From: Paraspadella gotoi
Lineage: Eukaryota; Animalia; Chaetognatha
Assembly: GCA_051294375.1 (NCBI GenBank)
Contig: CM119266.1
Location: 20,500,990-20,564,779 of the forward strand
DNA: 63,790 bases
Direction of reading: 5' to 3'
Shown here: piece by piece, positions 13,171 through 26,250 of the stretch
Position numbering within the stretch: position 1 is the first letter of the stretch
How the letters are laid out: each line of letters begins with the position of its first letter
The notes under the pieces: model-generated
What the model was told of the DNA's origin: nothing
Seen by the model: only the letters and a program-made list of their open reading frames with translations
The model's database searches: none
Program-made: the position numbers and the translations under genes

Positions 13171-16129
13171 AATCTCTGCTAGTTGCTTGTGACAAACAAA
13201 TTCAAAAAAATCGTTAAAACAAATGACCTGATATAAAAATCAAGTGGAGAATAATTTTCTTGTTTTGTTAAAGTAAATCCAATTCTTGATTAATAATTTA
13301 TTTTTTTATTCGCATAAACATCGTTGACGAAGATGTTAATTCGATTCCATTTCATTTCCATACATCGGCAGCGAAGAAAAGTTTATTTTTTTAGTTCCAA
13401 TATAATAAAGAAAATTATAATTTTATTTCTCGTTCGATTTGTTCTTTGAAATTTTCTTCGAATAAAAAAAAAAAATCACAGAGTTCTCGAAGTTTGTTTC
13501 GGTTTTTGGCACGGTGAATGAGTGAATGAATAAGGAAGAGAAACTGTGTGTGTTATGAAAGAGAGAGAGAGAGAGAGAGANNNNNNNNNNNNNNNNNNNN
13601 NNNNNNNNNNNNNNNNNNNNNNNNNNNNNNNNNNNNNNNNNNNNNNNNNNNNNNNNNNNNNNNNNNNNNNNNNNNNNNNNNNNNNNNNNNNNNNNNNNNN
13701 NNNNNNNNNNNNNNNNNNNNNNNNNNNNNNNNNNNNNNNNNNNNNNNNNNNNNNNNNNNNNNNNNNNNNNNNNNNNNNNNNNNNNNNNNNNNNNNNNNNN
13801 NNNNNNNNNNNNNNNNNNNNNNNNNNNNNNNNNNNNNNNNNNNNNNNNNNNNNNNNNNNNNNNNNNNNNNNNNNNNNNNNNNNNNNNNNNNNNNNNNNNN
13901 NNNNNNNNNNNNNNNNNNNNNNNNNNNNNNNNNNNNNNNNNNNNNNNNNNNNNNNNNNNNNNNNNNNNNNNNNNNNNNNNNNNNNNNNNNNNNNNNNNNN
14001 NNNNNNNNNNNNNNNNNNNNNNNNNNNNNNNNNNNNNNTTTTTTTTTGGTTTCTTTTTTTTTTCAGCGGCGTTTTATCCGCCGTCTCAAAAACCGCCGGG
14101 TCTTTGTTGTTGTTTTTTCCCGAGGATTTTCACCTTTCAATTTGGATTTACATTTTTTTTTTGGTTTATTTTTTGAGGGAAAATGTTAATCGATGTTCAC
14201 GTTCATTTTTTTTCCCTCCACAAAATTTTTCTTTATTTTTTTTTTTCAAATCCGAGTGTAATTTTTTCGTCTAAAACGAACGAGAGTAAAAAGCTGATTT
14301 AACGAGGAAGATACACGAATTCGCGTTGCCCTTTTTTCTTTTCTTTCATGTTTTACTCTTTTTTTTTTTCTCGTCAAATGTTTGTTTTGTTTACGATGTT
14401 TTACTATTTTTACTTCCGGTCTTTTTTCTTTTCTAAGAATTTTATTTGTTTTGTTTTTTATATTTTTTTTTTGTTGGATTCGAAAGAATTAATGCGAAAG
14501 AAATTGGTTCCGGTTCGGATCGTGGAAGCCGAAGAAAAATTAGCCGACGCGACCGCCGTCGCCGCACCGCCGCCGCCGCCGCCGCCGCCGCCAACGCCGC
14601 CGCCGCCGCCGCCGCCGCCAACGCCGCCGCCGGGCCATCTGTCGACGGATTCAATCTGTGACTTTTGCCTTTTTTTTTTCATCGTCTATTGGCTAAACTT
14701 TTCGCGCGTAAAGCGTCAATCTTTAGATATCCTTTTTGTGATTAAGTCTTCGGTCTCAACTGATTTGATACTAGGATTTTGCTGAGGACCTTATTTTTAT
14801 TTAGTTGTAAGAATGATGTTGATAGAGTAGAACTATTCTTTATCTCTGTCCTGTTGATCTTTATTTCTATTCACTGAGAATTTTTCTCATTATATATAAT
14901 GAATATTGCCTACTAATTCTTGATCTTTATTTGTGTTGGTTATTAGTATTATATATTACGATATAGATTCCGGTCTCGGATCGTGGAACGTCCCGATAGA
15001 TTTATGCGATAGTTAATATGCCAGACGGTCCGACTCGGCGCACCTCGAGCACGCCACATGCGCCGCACGCGCGATGCCCGCACGAGACCATGCGTCCGCT
15101 GCACGCTCGGGAGCCGCCTCCCCATGCCGCCGCAACGCGGAGCCCCAGGAGACCAAGCCGCCGGACGCTCCATCTTGTCGATCTGACTGTCCCAGGATCG
15201 ATGATATACTTTTGCCTTAGTGTGTTTCATCGTTTGGCTGAGATGGTGGGCTTAGATATTACCGTCGACCCTTCGAACACGAGATACCTTAGAGCGTGGC
15301 AAGTCTATTTTTAGATTGGAAAAAATGGTCCATTTCTCTTGAAGATTGCCAGTGCGTTCCGGTCTCCTTATACTGATGTTGATACTCTAAGAGATATATT
15401 GGCGTGGGAGCTCGACAAAAGACCGTGTCGATCCATTTCTTTAGAGAATTTCTCAGCTTGTTTTGTCGGAATCCTTTGACGAGGAGAACATGAGGTTCTC
15501 AACTTTGCTCTCGATTGGATTCTTCATTCTCGGCTATACTAAAGTCATAGATTATCTATTCACGAGAGGCCTTTTTTCGGGCCTAAAATTGGGTAAGTTT
15601 ATTATCATCATTTTGTCTTTCCGCTTCTTTTGTCTTCTTGCACCCCGACTCGTGTATCTTCAATTCCTCTCCCTATGACATGTCTCGCTGCTTCCAGTTT
15701 CTATATTTCCTCAATCTCTACATCTTTCTTCGAATCATGCTCTTGTCTTTTTCTAAGACCCTCAATAGAACTTACGATTTCCGATGCTACTNNNNNNNNN
15801 NNNNNNNNNNNNNNNNTTTTTTTCATATTTTTTCTTTCTTTTGTTTATCGATTTTCTTCTTTTCGACGATTTTTTCTCATTTTTTCGATTTCGCGCCGAC
15901 GTTGATTTTCGCCCCGAGGCCGAATCCTTTCGAATCTTTCCGAATTCGCCGCCGAATCTCGTCGAATCTTCGTTTCCTTCTCGGCCGAATTTTCTGCCGA
16001 AGCGGCGGCTCTTCGCCGACGAATCACATGACCCAAGGAATTCGTCACGTGATCTTTGGAAGGGAAACACGAGACCCATCGACAGAAACGCGTGAACGGA
16101 GGAAAAGGCTTTTGAGGTTGTCTAGATTG

Positions 16130-16160
<31 letters not shown>

Positions 16161-17539
16161 NNNNNNNNNNNNNNNNNNNNNNNNNCCTGTTTTTTTTTTT
16201 TTTCTTCGTTTTTTTTTTTCTTTCTGTCTTTTCTGTGTTTTTTTCTCTTTTCTTTCATTCTTTATTTTTTTTTTCTTTCTTTTTCTTTCTTCTTTCTTTC
16301 TTTCTTTCTTTTCTTTTCTTTCTTTCTTTCTTTCTTCTTTTTTCTTTCTTTCTTTCTTTTTTCTTTCTTTTTGTTTTTCTTTCTTTCTTTTTTATTCCCT
16401 TTTTTTCTCTTCTTTCTTTCTTTTTTTTTTCTTTCATGATTTTTTTTTTAGCCTTTTACTTCTTTTACTCTCTTTTAGGCCGAAGTTTGTTTGTTTTTGT
16501 CGGAATCGGAGGGAAGGCTTGAGGGAGAGAGAGAGAAGAGGAGAGATGAGAGAGAGAGAGAGAGGAGAGAGAGAGAAGAGAGAGAGAGAAAGAAAGAAAG
16601 AAAAAAAGAAAATTTAAAGAAAGAATTAAAAAACAAAAACAAAAAAAAACACAAAAACAAAAAAAAACCGAACGCAATCAAATCGTCAATCTGTATGAAA
16701 ACAATGTGAGCGCTATCGATGTAAAGTTTATGATTCAATCGACCACTTCTTACTCCACCTCCTCCTCCTCCTCCTCGTCCAACTCCTTCATGACTCAATC
16801 ACCGCCCCCCCTTTTGAAACAACCTGCGAAGGGAACAACAACAACAACAACCTAATATCAAGAGCTTTGATTTCGTCTTGGTTTCTACTATCGTAGAGTG
16901 ATTACTTGATTTAATCCATAGTTTAGGAAAATGGCACTTTCATTAGAAATTACTGAGTAAAGAAGAGAGAGAGAGAGGGAGAGAGAGAGAGAGAGAGATA
17001 AAGGGCGCGTGATTCGCAGAGTCGTTGCCGAGCAACGTTGACTCTCGTTCTTTTGTTTATGTTTTGTTTACTTTGTTTGACTTTTACGAATTCAGCGCTC
17101 GTCGTTTTTTTTTTGACTGTCTTTAGTCGGGCCTGTGGTTTTAACGACGTAATAAAAACGATAAACATTATTAAAAGATAAGAAGGCAAAACGTAAGAGG
17201 AATGCGGGGAGATTTTTTCGACGCAGTCAGAAAAAGTCCGGTTTGACACGAGGATCTTGACAGTCAGCGTCGAAGTCTGTCGTCTTCTCTGTCATCGTCA
17301 TCGTCCTCTGTCATGTTCTGACATCTTAGATGAGAGCGAACGAGTGGATCGATTGTGGATGGATTGTGGATTGTGGATTGTGGATCAATTGTGGGAGGTT
17401 CTCCACTTCCTATCAGCCTTCCTTTTCAAGTGCGTAACGCTTCTTCCCTCCTTTTGTTTACTCAACTCGATTTCGCCATAAATTATGTTGACAGGATTTC
17501 TCTCTCGTATTTATGCGTAGATATCATCGCGAGATCGCG

Positions 17540-17580
<41 letters not shown>

Positions 17581-18129
17581 CTTCCTCGTCTGTCGATCTC
17601 GGATTCTTGAGTTGATGACGAAGGATCATCGATCGAGCGAATTATCCCGGGTGGCCAGTGGCCTGTCCGGCAACAACAATAACGACATCAACAGCTTTGA
17701 CTTTTAGTTTTCTGTGTCTGACTCAAGAGAAGAAAGCGAAGAATAATTTTTTTTTTTTTTGCAATCGTCCATTTCGTTTCACAATCGTCGATGCGAAAAG
17801 TCGAGAAAGATAAAAACGACGACGACGACGAAGATGACGATGATAACGACGACGACGACGATGACGACGAGTAAAGAGAAAAAGCCGCCGCCGAGGAATA
17901 TTTTTTTTATATCAAGAGTCCGTCATTAAGCTAATTAATACTTAAAATAAATTATTATGACATCGATTCTCCTCACAGCTTGAACGCCGAGTAAGATACG
18001 ATAGTTTAAATTAAAAAAAAAACAACTGACGAGCATGAAAGAGAAACAGATAGTACAATTTCTAATCGTGTTCGTTTCCGGGATTTGATGCCTCATTTTC
18101 CAGGAAGCCACAATTTTAGAACATAAACG

Positions 18130-18459
18130 GGCTCTCTTTTCCAAAAGCGCCCCATTTCCGTTCCTTTTCCAAAAGCTTCCCATTTTTATTCCTTTATCCC
18201 TCAATTTGATCCTTAATATATAACCTTTAATCTATTGTAAAACTTATAATTCAATCGTTAACTATAATCACATATACTCAACCCTAGATTCAAGTCCTTA
18301 AGCCTTAATCTTGAAACCATATTCCCTAACCCTAATTACAAACGTAATCCTTAACCCTAATCCATGACTTGATCCATAACTTTATCTTCAACCTCTAAAC
18401 TTTTAAATAATTTGATTCCGAATTTCAGATGAAATGGGGCAATTTGCGAAAATATGGCC
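18130..18459. mobile_element. MITE-like TIR element filled with degenerate telomere-like (CCCTAA)n repeats
   Basis: Imperfect 29 bp TIR: GGCTCTCTTTTCCAAAAGCGCCCCATTTC versus GAAATGGGGCAATTTGCGAAAATATGGCC (22/29). Direct repeat ATAAACG lies immediately on both sides (18123-18129, 18460-18466). Internal CCTAA/CCTTAA/CCCTAA tract. Confidence 0.7.
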
Positions 18460-18587
18460 ATAAACGTTAATTTTGTAGTGATTAAACAGAGACTGTATTT
18501 TGAAAAAGAAAAAAAAGCTTTTTTTCAAGTCGACCGCGTCGGCGCCAACTCGCGGTTTTCGCGCGAATTTTTGCATGCGTTTCAGAG

Positions 18588-18652
18588 TTTGTCTCTGTAC
18601 GTAACTTTGTCTCTGTACGTAACTTTGTCTCTGTACGTAACTTTGTCTCTGC
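18588..18652 (+). repeat. 18 bp minisatellite, ~3.6 copies
   Basis: Unit TTTGTCTCTGTACGTAAC. Confidence 0.85.
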
Positions 18653-19420
18653 ACGCATTTAGGATCATCGTCCAAAAACGCGGGAAAAAATGATAAAAGC
18701 GGCAAAAAAAAAAGAAAGAACTATCCTCACTCGAAAAAAAAAGAAAAAAATCTGAGGCGCCAAGAGATAAAGACGGCGTCTGATATTGGGACAGACGACC
18801 GAGGCAAAAAAAGAAAAGAAAAAGAAAAAGAAAAACCAGGAAAATAAATGAAAAAGAGACAAATTTAAAAAAAAAAGCGGGAAAAAAAAAAGAAGTTGGA
18901 AATTTATGACAATGAGGAATTGAGGTTTGGGTGAATCGGTGATGTGAGGGAGTGAAATCTCTTTGGCTTTAGAGATCGTGAATGGAGGGGAGACATGGCC
19001 GAGGAGCAAAAGGGAAAGGAAATAAAGCTGAAAAGAAGAATCAGACTATTAAATAGGAAATATTATTCAATATGCCCGTCTGAATCATACTCTCTCTCTC
19101 CTTCTCTCTCTCTCTGTCTCTCTCTCTCCTTCTCTCTCCCTCCCCCCATTTCAACGACGTCGCCATGTTTTTTCGGCCATTTGGTTTCAAGTCGTAACTT
19201 TTTCATAAAATTTCCCCATTTTTTTCATTTCGCTTAAATTTTCTTTCCTTTTTTTTCTTTCATTTTTTTCCCTTTTCTTTCTTTCCGTGCGACTCGCATC
19301 CACGAGGCGAGAAATTCCGCGGGAAACAACCTCTCGTTATTTTCGCAAGCAACTTGAGACGAAGAAGAAAAAATAAGAACATTTCATCTGACTCGAACAG
19401 ATTCGAAGAAAGTATGTATG

Positions 19421-19618
19421 AAACATTCTTTGAAATATCATACCACTTCATTGATTGGGAAGTCTGGGATTGAATATAGGAGACTGTGAGAGAGTCTTGA
19501 TTGAAAGCTCTAAGAGGCCCTAATCAGTAATCAACCATAGCCTGTCCTAAGTCAGGGGCAAGAGAGATTATTCATTGAATGAATGAATAATATTTATATT
19601 GATTGTACGATCTTCATA
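19421..19618 (+). repeat. ~230 bp dispersed repeat family, copy 1 (internally deleted)
   Basis: AAACATTCTTTGAAATAT.ATACCACTTCATTGAT...GAGACTGTGAGAGAGTCTT.ATTGAAAGCT...AGCCTGTCCT.AGTCAGG.GCAAGA is shared with 23759-23992. Confidence 0.85.
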
Positions 19619-19965
19619 TTATCCTAAGTTCAACTACTTTCTATACATTTGTACATTTTTAAAATTTTTCAAACCAATCAATACAAGGGATGTAACAAAG
19701 TGTTTATGACTTAACAAATGATAAGGTCTTAAGGCGTAATTACATAATGTCATGGATGGATAGGGACATAGAGGGATGGTGCAATGACGGGATCGCGGGC
19801 ATGGCGGGCATGGCGGGCAAGGCGGCCCTAAAGAGCCGGCATGGAGCACGAGGCAAAGTCAGAAACTCCCGCCCTCGATTTTAAACCGCAGCGGGATTTG
19901 AGTTCCGCCCATAGAGAACAAATTTCACTACTTCGCTTTTATAAAATGCAGAGAGTGAAAAGTGA

Positions 19966-20057
<92 letters not shown>

Positions 20058-20572
20058 AAAAAAAAGAAAGAAAGAAAGAAAAAGGAAAAAAAATGAAATA
20101 AATTCTTAAATAGTTTTCTTATTCTCAATGTTTATTTACTTTTTTTTTCAAGATTCGTTGCGTAATTTTCAATTTTATTTTTTATTAGAGACAAAATTAG
20201 AAACAGCTATAGATACAGTTTGCCTTGCAAAACTAGCAATCTTGCAACGAACAGTGCCAAATGTTTTTGAAGATTAAAGATTAAACAAAATTTATATGAA
20301 ATTGGTATAACATATTTAATAGACTAATAATGATATAAATTTATATTCGAATTCAATCGACGAAGTCAAAGAAAATTCGAAGATCTTTGACTTTGACGAA
20401 GGAAAAGGAAAAGGTTGTGTTGATTCGCTCTCTTCTCATTTGCAATGCCTTCAATCTCATTTGCATAGCGGAGTATTGACCAGAAAGAGACTCGCTCAGC
20501 CGATTTCTCTCTCTCTTTCTCTCTCTCTCTTTTTCTCTTTCTCTCCTTTCTCTCTCTCTCTTTTCTCTTTTC

Positions 20573-20626
<54 letters not shown>

Positions 20627-20726
20627 TCTTGGAATTCACGCGTGGCGCGCCGCGCAATTTTTGCGCGAGGGGGTTTTCGTTCGTCAACAAACAGGTGAGC
20701 ATCGAGGTAGGTTTTGTGTGTGGGTG

Positions 20727-20820
<94 letters not shown>

Positions 20821-21582
20821 AGAAAGTGATGCATATAATATATATATATATTTTTCTGTGCTGAAAATAAATATATCTCATTTAAAACAATGACGATTAT
20901 CTAATTTCTACAACGACTATATTTCTCTCGTTGACATTAACAATCGCAATGTCAGAACCTCTTCCAGGTGCAACGAGAAAGAGAAGAAATATTCTCGACT
21001 TTCGATGTTCGTTCATCCAATAAATTTTCTGGTTGAATCTAAAAAATAAAAAAAAAGTTTAGAATCGCAAATAACGACGACGACGACGACGACATCGTTT
21101 CTCTCGCTCGTTTCTTCTCACGAATCGAGTGAATCGTTGGAAATGAATAGATAAAAGCGACGACGAACGCGAATCGATCTCGTTTTCTCACGACTAAAGT
21201 AGCGACTCACACGTTTAGAATGGCCACTTGGTTATCAATCAGCGATTAAGGTAGGACGTCTCATTTACGAAACTAGAGCCTGGTTAATGCATGAGCGATT
21301 AAAAGTTGCGCCTTACTCTTTGTATGATGAGCGACTTAGAAGCGCCTCGACTTACATAAATAGGCGACCGATGATGCACGAATTGCATTCATCAATTCTG
21401 GAACCGACTATAAAGTGTTCGCCTGTCATCTGAACATTCATTTTTTTCATAATTAGATTTCAAATTTGTCATTTTTATTTTTATACCGATTACTGATGCA
21501 TAATTTTCGTACGTATGTATATTGTTTGTGTTGTATGTATATGTATGTATGTATATATGTATATATATATATATATGTATGT

Positions 21583-21622
<40 letters not shown>

Positions 21623-23358
21623 GTATATGTATATTGTATACATAGCCGAACTACATTGGACTTTGCATTAAGGAAAACGTCGAATTATAAAAAAAATTGA
21701 CATATAAAATTGAACTTTACCCGTAACATTTAGAAAATTATAGAAAATTATAGAAAATTCCGACTAGACTCATCCTATTTTATTGACTAAAAGCTATTAA
21801 TAAATCTTTGTTCAAATCTCTCACGTTCTAAAACTGCCGAATCATTTCTTTCTCGAGAATATTCAAATGAGGATTAGGAAAGGCAACAAAAGGACGCTTT
21901 CCCGTACCTCCGTCTTTACGAAGGGGGATGGGGGGGGGAAGGCCGGGGTGGGAGGGTNNNNNNNNNNNNNNNNNNNNNNNNNNNNNNNNNNNNNNNNNNN
22001 NNNNNNNNNNNNNNNNNNNNNNNNNNNNNNNNNNNNNNNNNNNNNNNNNNNNNNNNNNNNNNNNNNNNNNNNNNNNNNNNNNNNNNNNNNNNNNNNNNNN
22101 NNNNNNNNNNNNNNNNNNNNNNNNNNNNNNNNNNNNNNNNNNNNNNNNNNNNNNNNNNNNNNNNNNNNNNNNNNNNNNNNNNNNNNNNNNNNNNNNNNNN
22201 NNNNNNNNNNNNNNNNNNNNNNNNNNNNNNNNNNNNNNNNNNNNNNNNNNNNNNNNNNNNNNNNNNNNNNNNNNNNNNNNNNNNNNNNNNNNNNNNNNNN
22301 NNNNNNNNNNNNNNNNNNNNNNNNNNNNNNNNNNNNNNNNNNNNNNNNNNNNNNNNNNNNNNNNNNNNNGGGGAGAAATGTAGAAAGAGGAGAAGATAAA
22401 TAACGCGAATCGAAACCATCAAAACTTTATGAGCTAATTTACCGTTTACGTTAATTTATTTAATTAGTTGAAAGATTTTTGAGCTCTAATCGTTAAAAAA
22501 ACGGATCACGAAATATACTGAGTTTTGAAAAGTTATAAAAAATTATTTCGCTACGTCGTAGCTAGAGATTTAGAGATTATTAATTAAAACGTTTCTCCTT
22601 TAAAGGATAAACATACATTACAGATCACGAATACGTTTGCTTGTAATAAAAGAATCGCCGGGGCCTGACAGAAGCGGGGAGAGACGCCGAGTCCATCACG
22701 TCGCCCGCGAATAATTGCGTCAGATTTTGACGAATCCTTCGATATCACCATGGCGACGAGAGGGATGAGGAAGAGGGGAAGAGGTGGCGCGTGGAATAAG
22801 GGGCCAGGGGTGGGGAAGGGGAAGCAAAGAAAGGCAGAGAGCTGTGACGACAAAAGAGAGAAAAAAAAATGTAAGGCCGCGAGAGAATTGAACCTCTTCA
22901 GTCTTCACGCTATCTTCAGTCTTTCTATCCTTCTTTCTAGTTTTTTCTTTCTTTCTTTTTGTCTCCATCTCTTTTTCTTTCCTCCCAATGGTAACAGTCA
23001 AGTCACGCCTTTGACCCACAGCCAAACGCCTTTTGACTTAGGAGGAGAATTCCTCTTTTTTTCGCGCCGCTTGTGACGTCACGGCGTCACGGAACTCGCG
23101 TCAAATCCGCGTCACGAGTCTTCAGATCTGCGCCAATCCAAATCGCGCTCCTCTCGTGTGTGAGACAGAGGGAGCCACAGAAAGAAAAGCGGACGAGCGA
23201 TCACTATTCCTTTTTTATTTCGTGTCCATGGCAACCGATAAAAAAAGGATTTAGTGCGATCGGCCGATTTTTGTGACTCAACTATCTCGGGTTCGAATCC
23301 CACAAAGAGCACCATTTTTCGCCATCTCTCCTGATGGGCAATTCACAAAAGGAAGAGA

Positions 23359-23406
<48 letters not shown>

Positions 23407-23758
23407 TGGAGGGGGGGAGTGAAAGAGGCGAGAGAGAGGGTGAAAGATATGGAGAGAGAGAGACGACATTCATAAATTACAGTTGGTTAACGCGATATTT
23501 TTTCGACGTGAAATTCGATCAAAGGGCACCTTGTGCTCTAATCGAAATGCTACCCTCTTTTCCTTACGATACTTTTTTTTCATAATTTGTTTTAACAAAA
23601 TTATTGCATTTTTTTATTTTTTCCACTTTAGTTGCAGTTATTTTTAATAATTTCGTTACAGTCGGAAACCTAATCAGACAAAAAAGGTTATGAGAAAGAA
23701 AAGACTAGATTAGGATTTGATAAAAATACATATAGGGAGTGGTCTTTTCATACAATTG

Positions 23759-23992
23759 AAACATTCTTTGAAATATTATACCACTTCATTGATAGAGAAG
23801 CCAGGTACTCTGGCAGTGAATAAACGAGACTGTGAGAGAGTCTTTATTGAAAGCTAGCAGGGACCTGCTATATCATTATCTTGTAAGAGAGATGGAGGCC
23901 TTAAACCACCAAAGCCTGTCCTCAGTCAGGAGCAAGATAGCTTATTTATTAAATGAATGGATAATTTTTATATTGGTTGTACCAATTTCATA
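23759..23992 (+). repeat. ~230 bp dispersed repeat family, copy 2
   Basis: As above. Contains the hairpin TAGCAGG-GA-CCTGCTA (23855-23870). Confidence 0.85.
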
Positions 23993-25016
23993 GTTTGAAA
24001 AAAAGGCTTGGATTTTATCATTCTGTCATTTTGCCAGTCGCCAGTCGCCAGTCGCCAGTCGCGAAACAAGCAAACAGCAGAACGCGAAGGAAGCTAAAGT
24101 CACATGACGAATATCGAAAAATTGGAAATCGGGTTGAACATTTGTCACAAAAGATGCATCGAAAAATCGGAGATTTATTGAGCGAAAAATAAATTTTCGA
24201 GTTGAGAAAAAAATTGAACCCGGAAGCAATAACCAAAATTTCACTCGGCTCTTTCTAAGTTACGTTCCGAGCTTTTTTTCTCGTCGTTAAAAGTCAAATC
24301 GATCCAAAAAAAATGGGAACGGAAGAACAAAGGAAGGAACTAAAAGTTTAAAAAGAAAATCCAAAAAACTAAATAAAACGAAAGGAGGAATTGCGAAAAT
24401 TAACGAAGAGTAATTTCTTTGCCCCCCCCCTCAAAAAAAAAAGGAAAAGAAAAGAAAAGAAAAGAAAAGAAAAACTAAAATGGCGGCGCGAAGTCGCGAA
24501 ATGTCGACGAAGACTGAAAACGACCAAAGCGAAAAAAAAGGCTCTTCCCATTTTTCTTCCTTCAAAAGTCTGGAAGTCACGCGCTTCGATTCGCCGGGTC
24601 AAAAGGTCACGACCCGAGGCCGGGTCAAGGTCGGAAAAGGGTCCACTTCCTCTCGGCGTCACTATCCGTCGACTCAACTTTGTCTCTTCCTTTTAATGGA
24701 TTCGGAAGAGAGGGTCGTCGCCTCTTGGGTTTCAACCCCGTTTCATCGATGGAGAGAGAGAGAGAGAGGGAGAGAGAGGGAGAGACACTGCGCCTAAATT
24801 GTCTTCATGCTCGGTAGTCTGGAGACCAAGAACCACTCTGATATTTGTTTTCCAACGACTGAGTCACTGAATGTAAAGTCGACCCCAAGGTTGAGCGGTT
24901 GATCTTAATCCCTTGATAAGTAAATAACTGAACGTTTAAGAAACGTCTAAGAAATGAATTGACTCGAGTATGATAATATTTCAGTGAAAAAATATCCATT
25001 ACATCGGATCTTATTA

Positions 25017-25202
25017 TAAAATTGGTACAGCCATAAATAAATAAATAAGCTATCTTGCCCCTAACTTTTGACAGGCTTTGGTGGTTTAAGGCTTTCATCA
25101 CTCTTACAAGATAATAGAATTGCAGGACCTTGCAAGCTTTCAATCGAGACTCTCTCACAGTCTCGTTTATTCACTCTTAGAGTACCTGGCTTCCCTATCA
25201 AT
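25017..25202 (-). repeat. ~230 bp dispersed repeat family, copy 3 (inverted)
   Basis: Reverse complement of copy 2, e.g. GACTCTCTCACAGTCTCGTTTATTCACT and AGAGTACCTGGCTT. End fragments (ATTGGTACAACCAA) also occur at ~38344, ~43374 and ~46866. Confidence 0.85.
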
Positions 25203-25249
25203 TATGTTAGTACTAATACGCACATAAAAATATTACTGCATCGTCTGTT

Positions 25250-25302
<53 letters not shown>

Positions 25303-25959
25303 GATCGTGGCCTGACCCCCAACAACAACAGCACACCGCTCTCTCTCTATCCTTCGATTCAAATGCAAATAAAGTGGAAATCCTTTTTTTTATTTGCTTT
25401 TTTTTTTCATCGGAGTCTGAGTAAAGTAATCATGCGCTAACGTCACGATCCGGGCCGAGCTTAACATTCCAACCAATCCTATTTCATTCGTTTTTCTCTT
25501 TCTATTTTTTTTTCGCGTTGAGTGACTCCAGTTGGAATCGGGGGATTTTTATATATTAATTGCGATTTTTTTTTTATGTGGTTGGTTATCGAAGCCGCAT
25601 AATTAAAATCGGCCGACGTCGGATTAAAGATTAAATCCCTGGCGAGAGACAGAGAGACATTGATGAGTAAAGCGTAGTAAAAAGTTTAAATTTAACTTAA
25701 ATTAAAATTCTAAAAGTGAGGAATGAATAACGTTGTACTAGTGAAAATTAAAGTATAAAAAAAGTTATTATAATTTTTGCAATTTACGCATTAGGCTATA
25801 TTTATTAAGGCGGGCCAAAATTGAAGCAGTTTTTTCTTTTATTCTCTCAAAAAATTCCTTTTTTTCTATATACTAGATTTTCACATGCAACTTTTTGAAT
25901 TCGTTCATTGAGTTGTTGCACTGAAGCTGTTAAATATTTATTAATATATAAAAAAAATA

Positions 25960-26250
25960 GACAAAATTTTTTTTACAAAAATTAGTTTTAAGAACATTCC
26001 TTTAGAGCTTGAAAAGTTAAATAAGTATAGTACTAACAATTTTTTTAAAATTTTAACAAGAAATTGGTTAAAAACAGAAAAAACGTAAAAAAATCCCATC
26101 ATCATCATCATTGGCTGAATTTTATAGTTTTTTAAAATTTTTATCAATAAAACAAAAAATTTAAAAAAATTGTATTAATAACCTTTATCTAACTTTTAAA
26201 GCTCTATCAGAATCCATTAAAAAATTGAAAAATTCAAAAAAATTTTTTAA
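25960..26250. mobile_element. AT-rich fold-back MITE-like repeat with (ATC)n centre
   Basis: Inverted arms TAGAGCTTGAAAAGTTA (26003-26019) and TAACTTTTAAAGCTCTA (26190-26206). A homologous copy lies in reverse orientation at ~47280-47600. Boundaries approximate. Confidence 0.55.

Noticed and set aside
14949-15314. ORFs 14949-15230 (-) and 15018-15314 (+) with complex-looking peptides
   Set aside because: The region is a noisy copy of 14500-14700.
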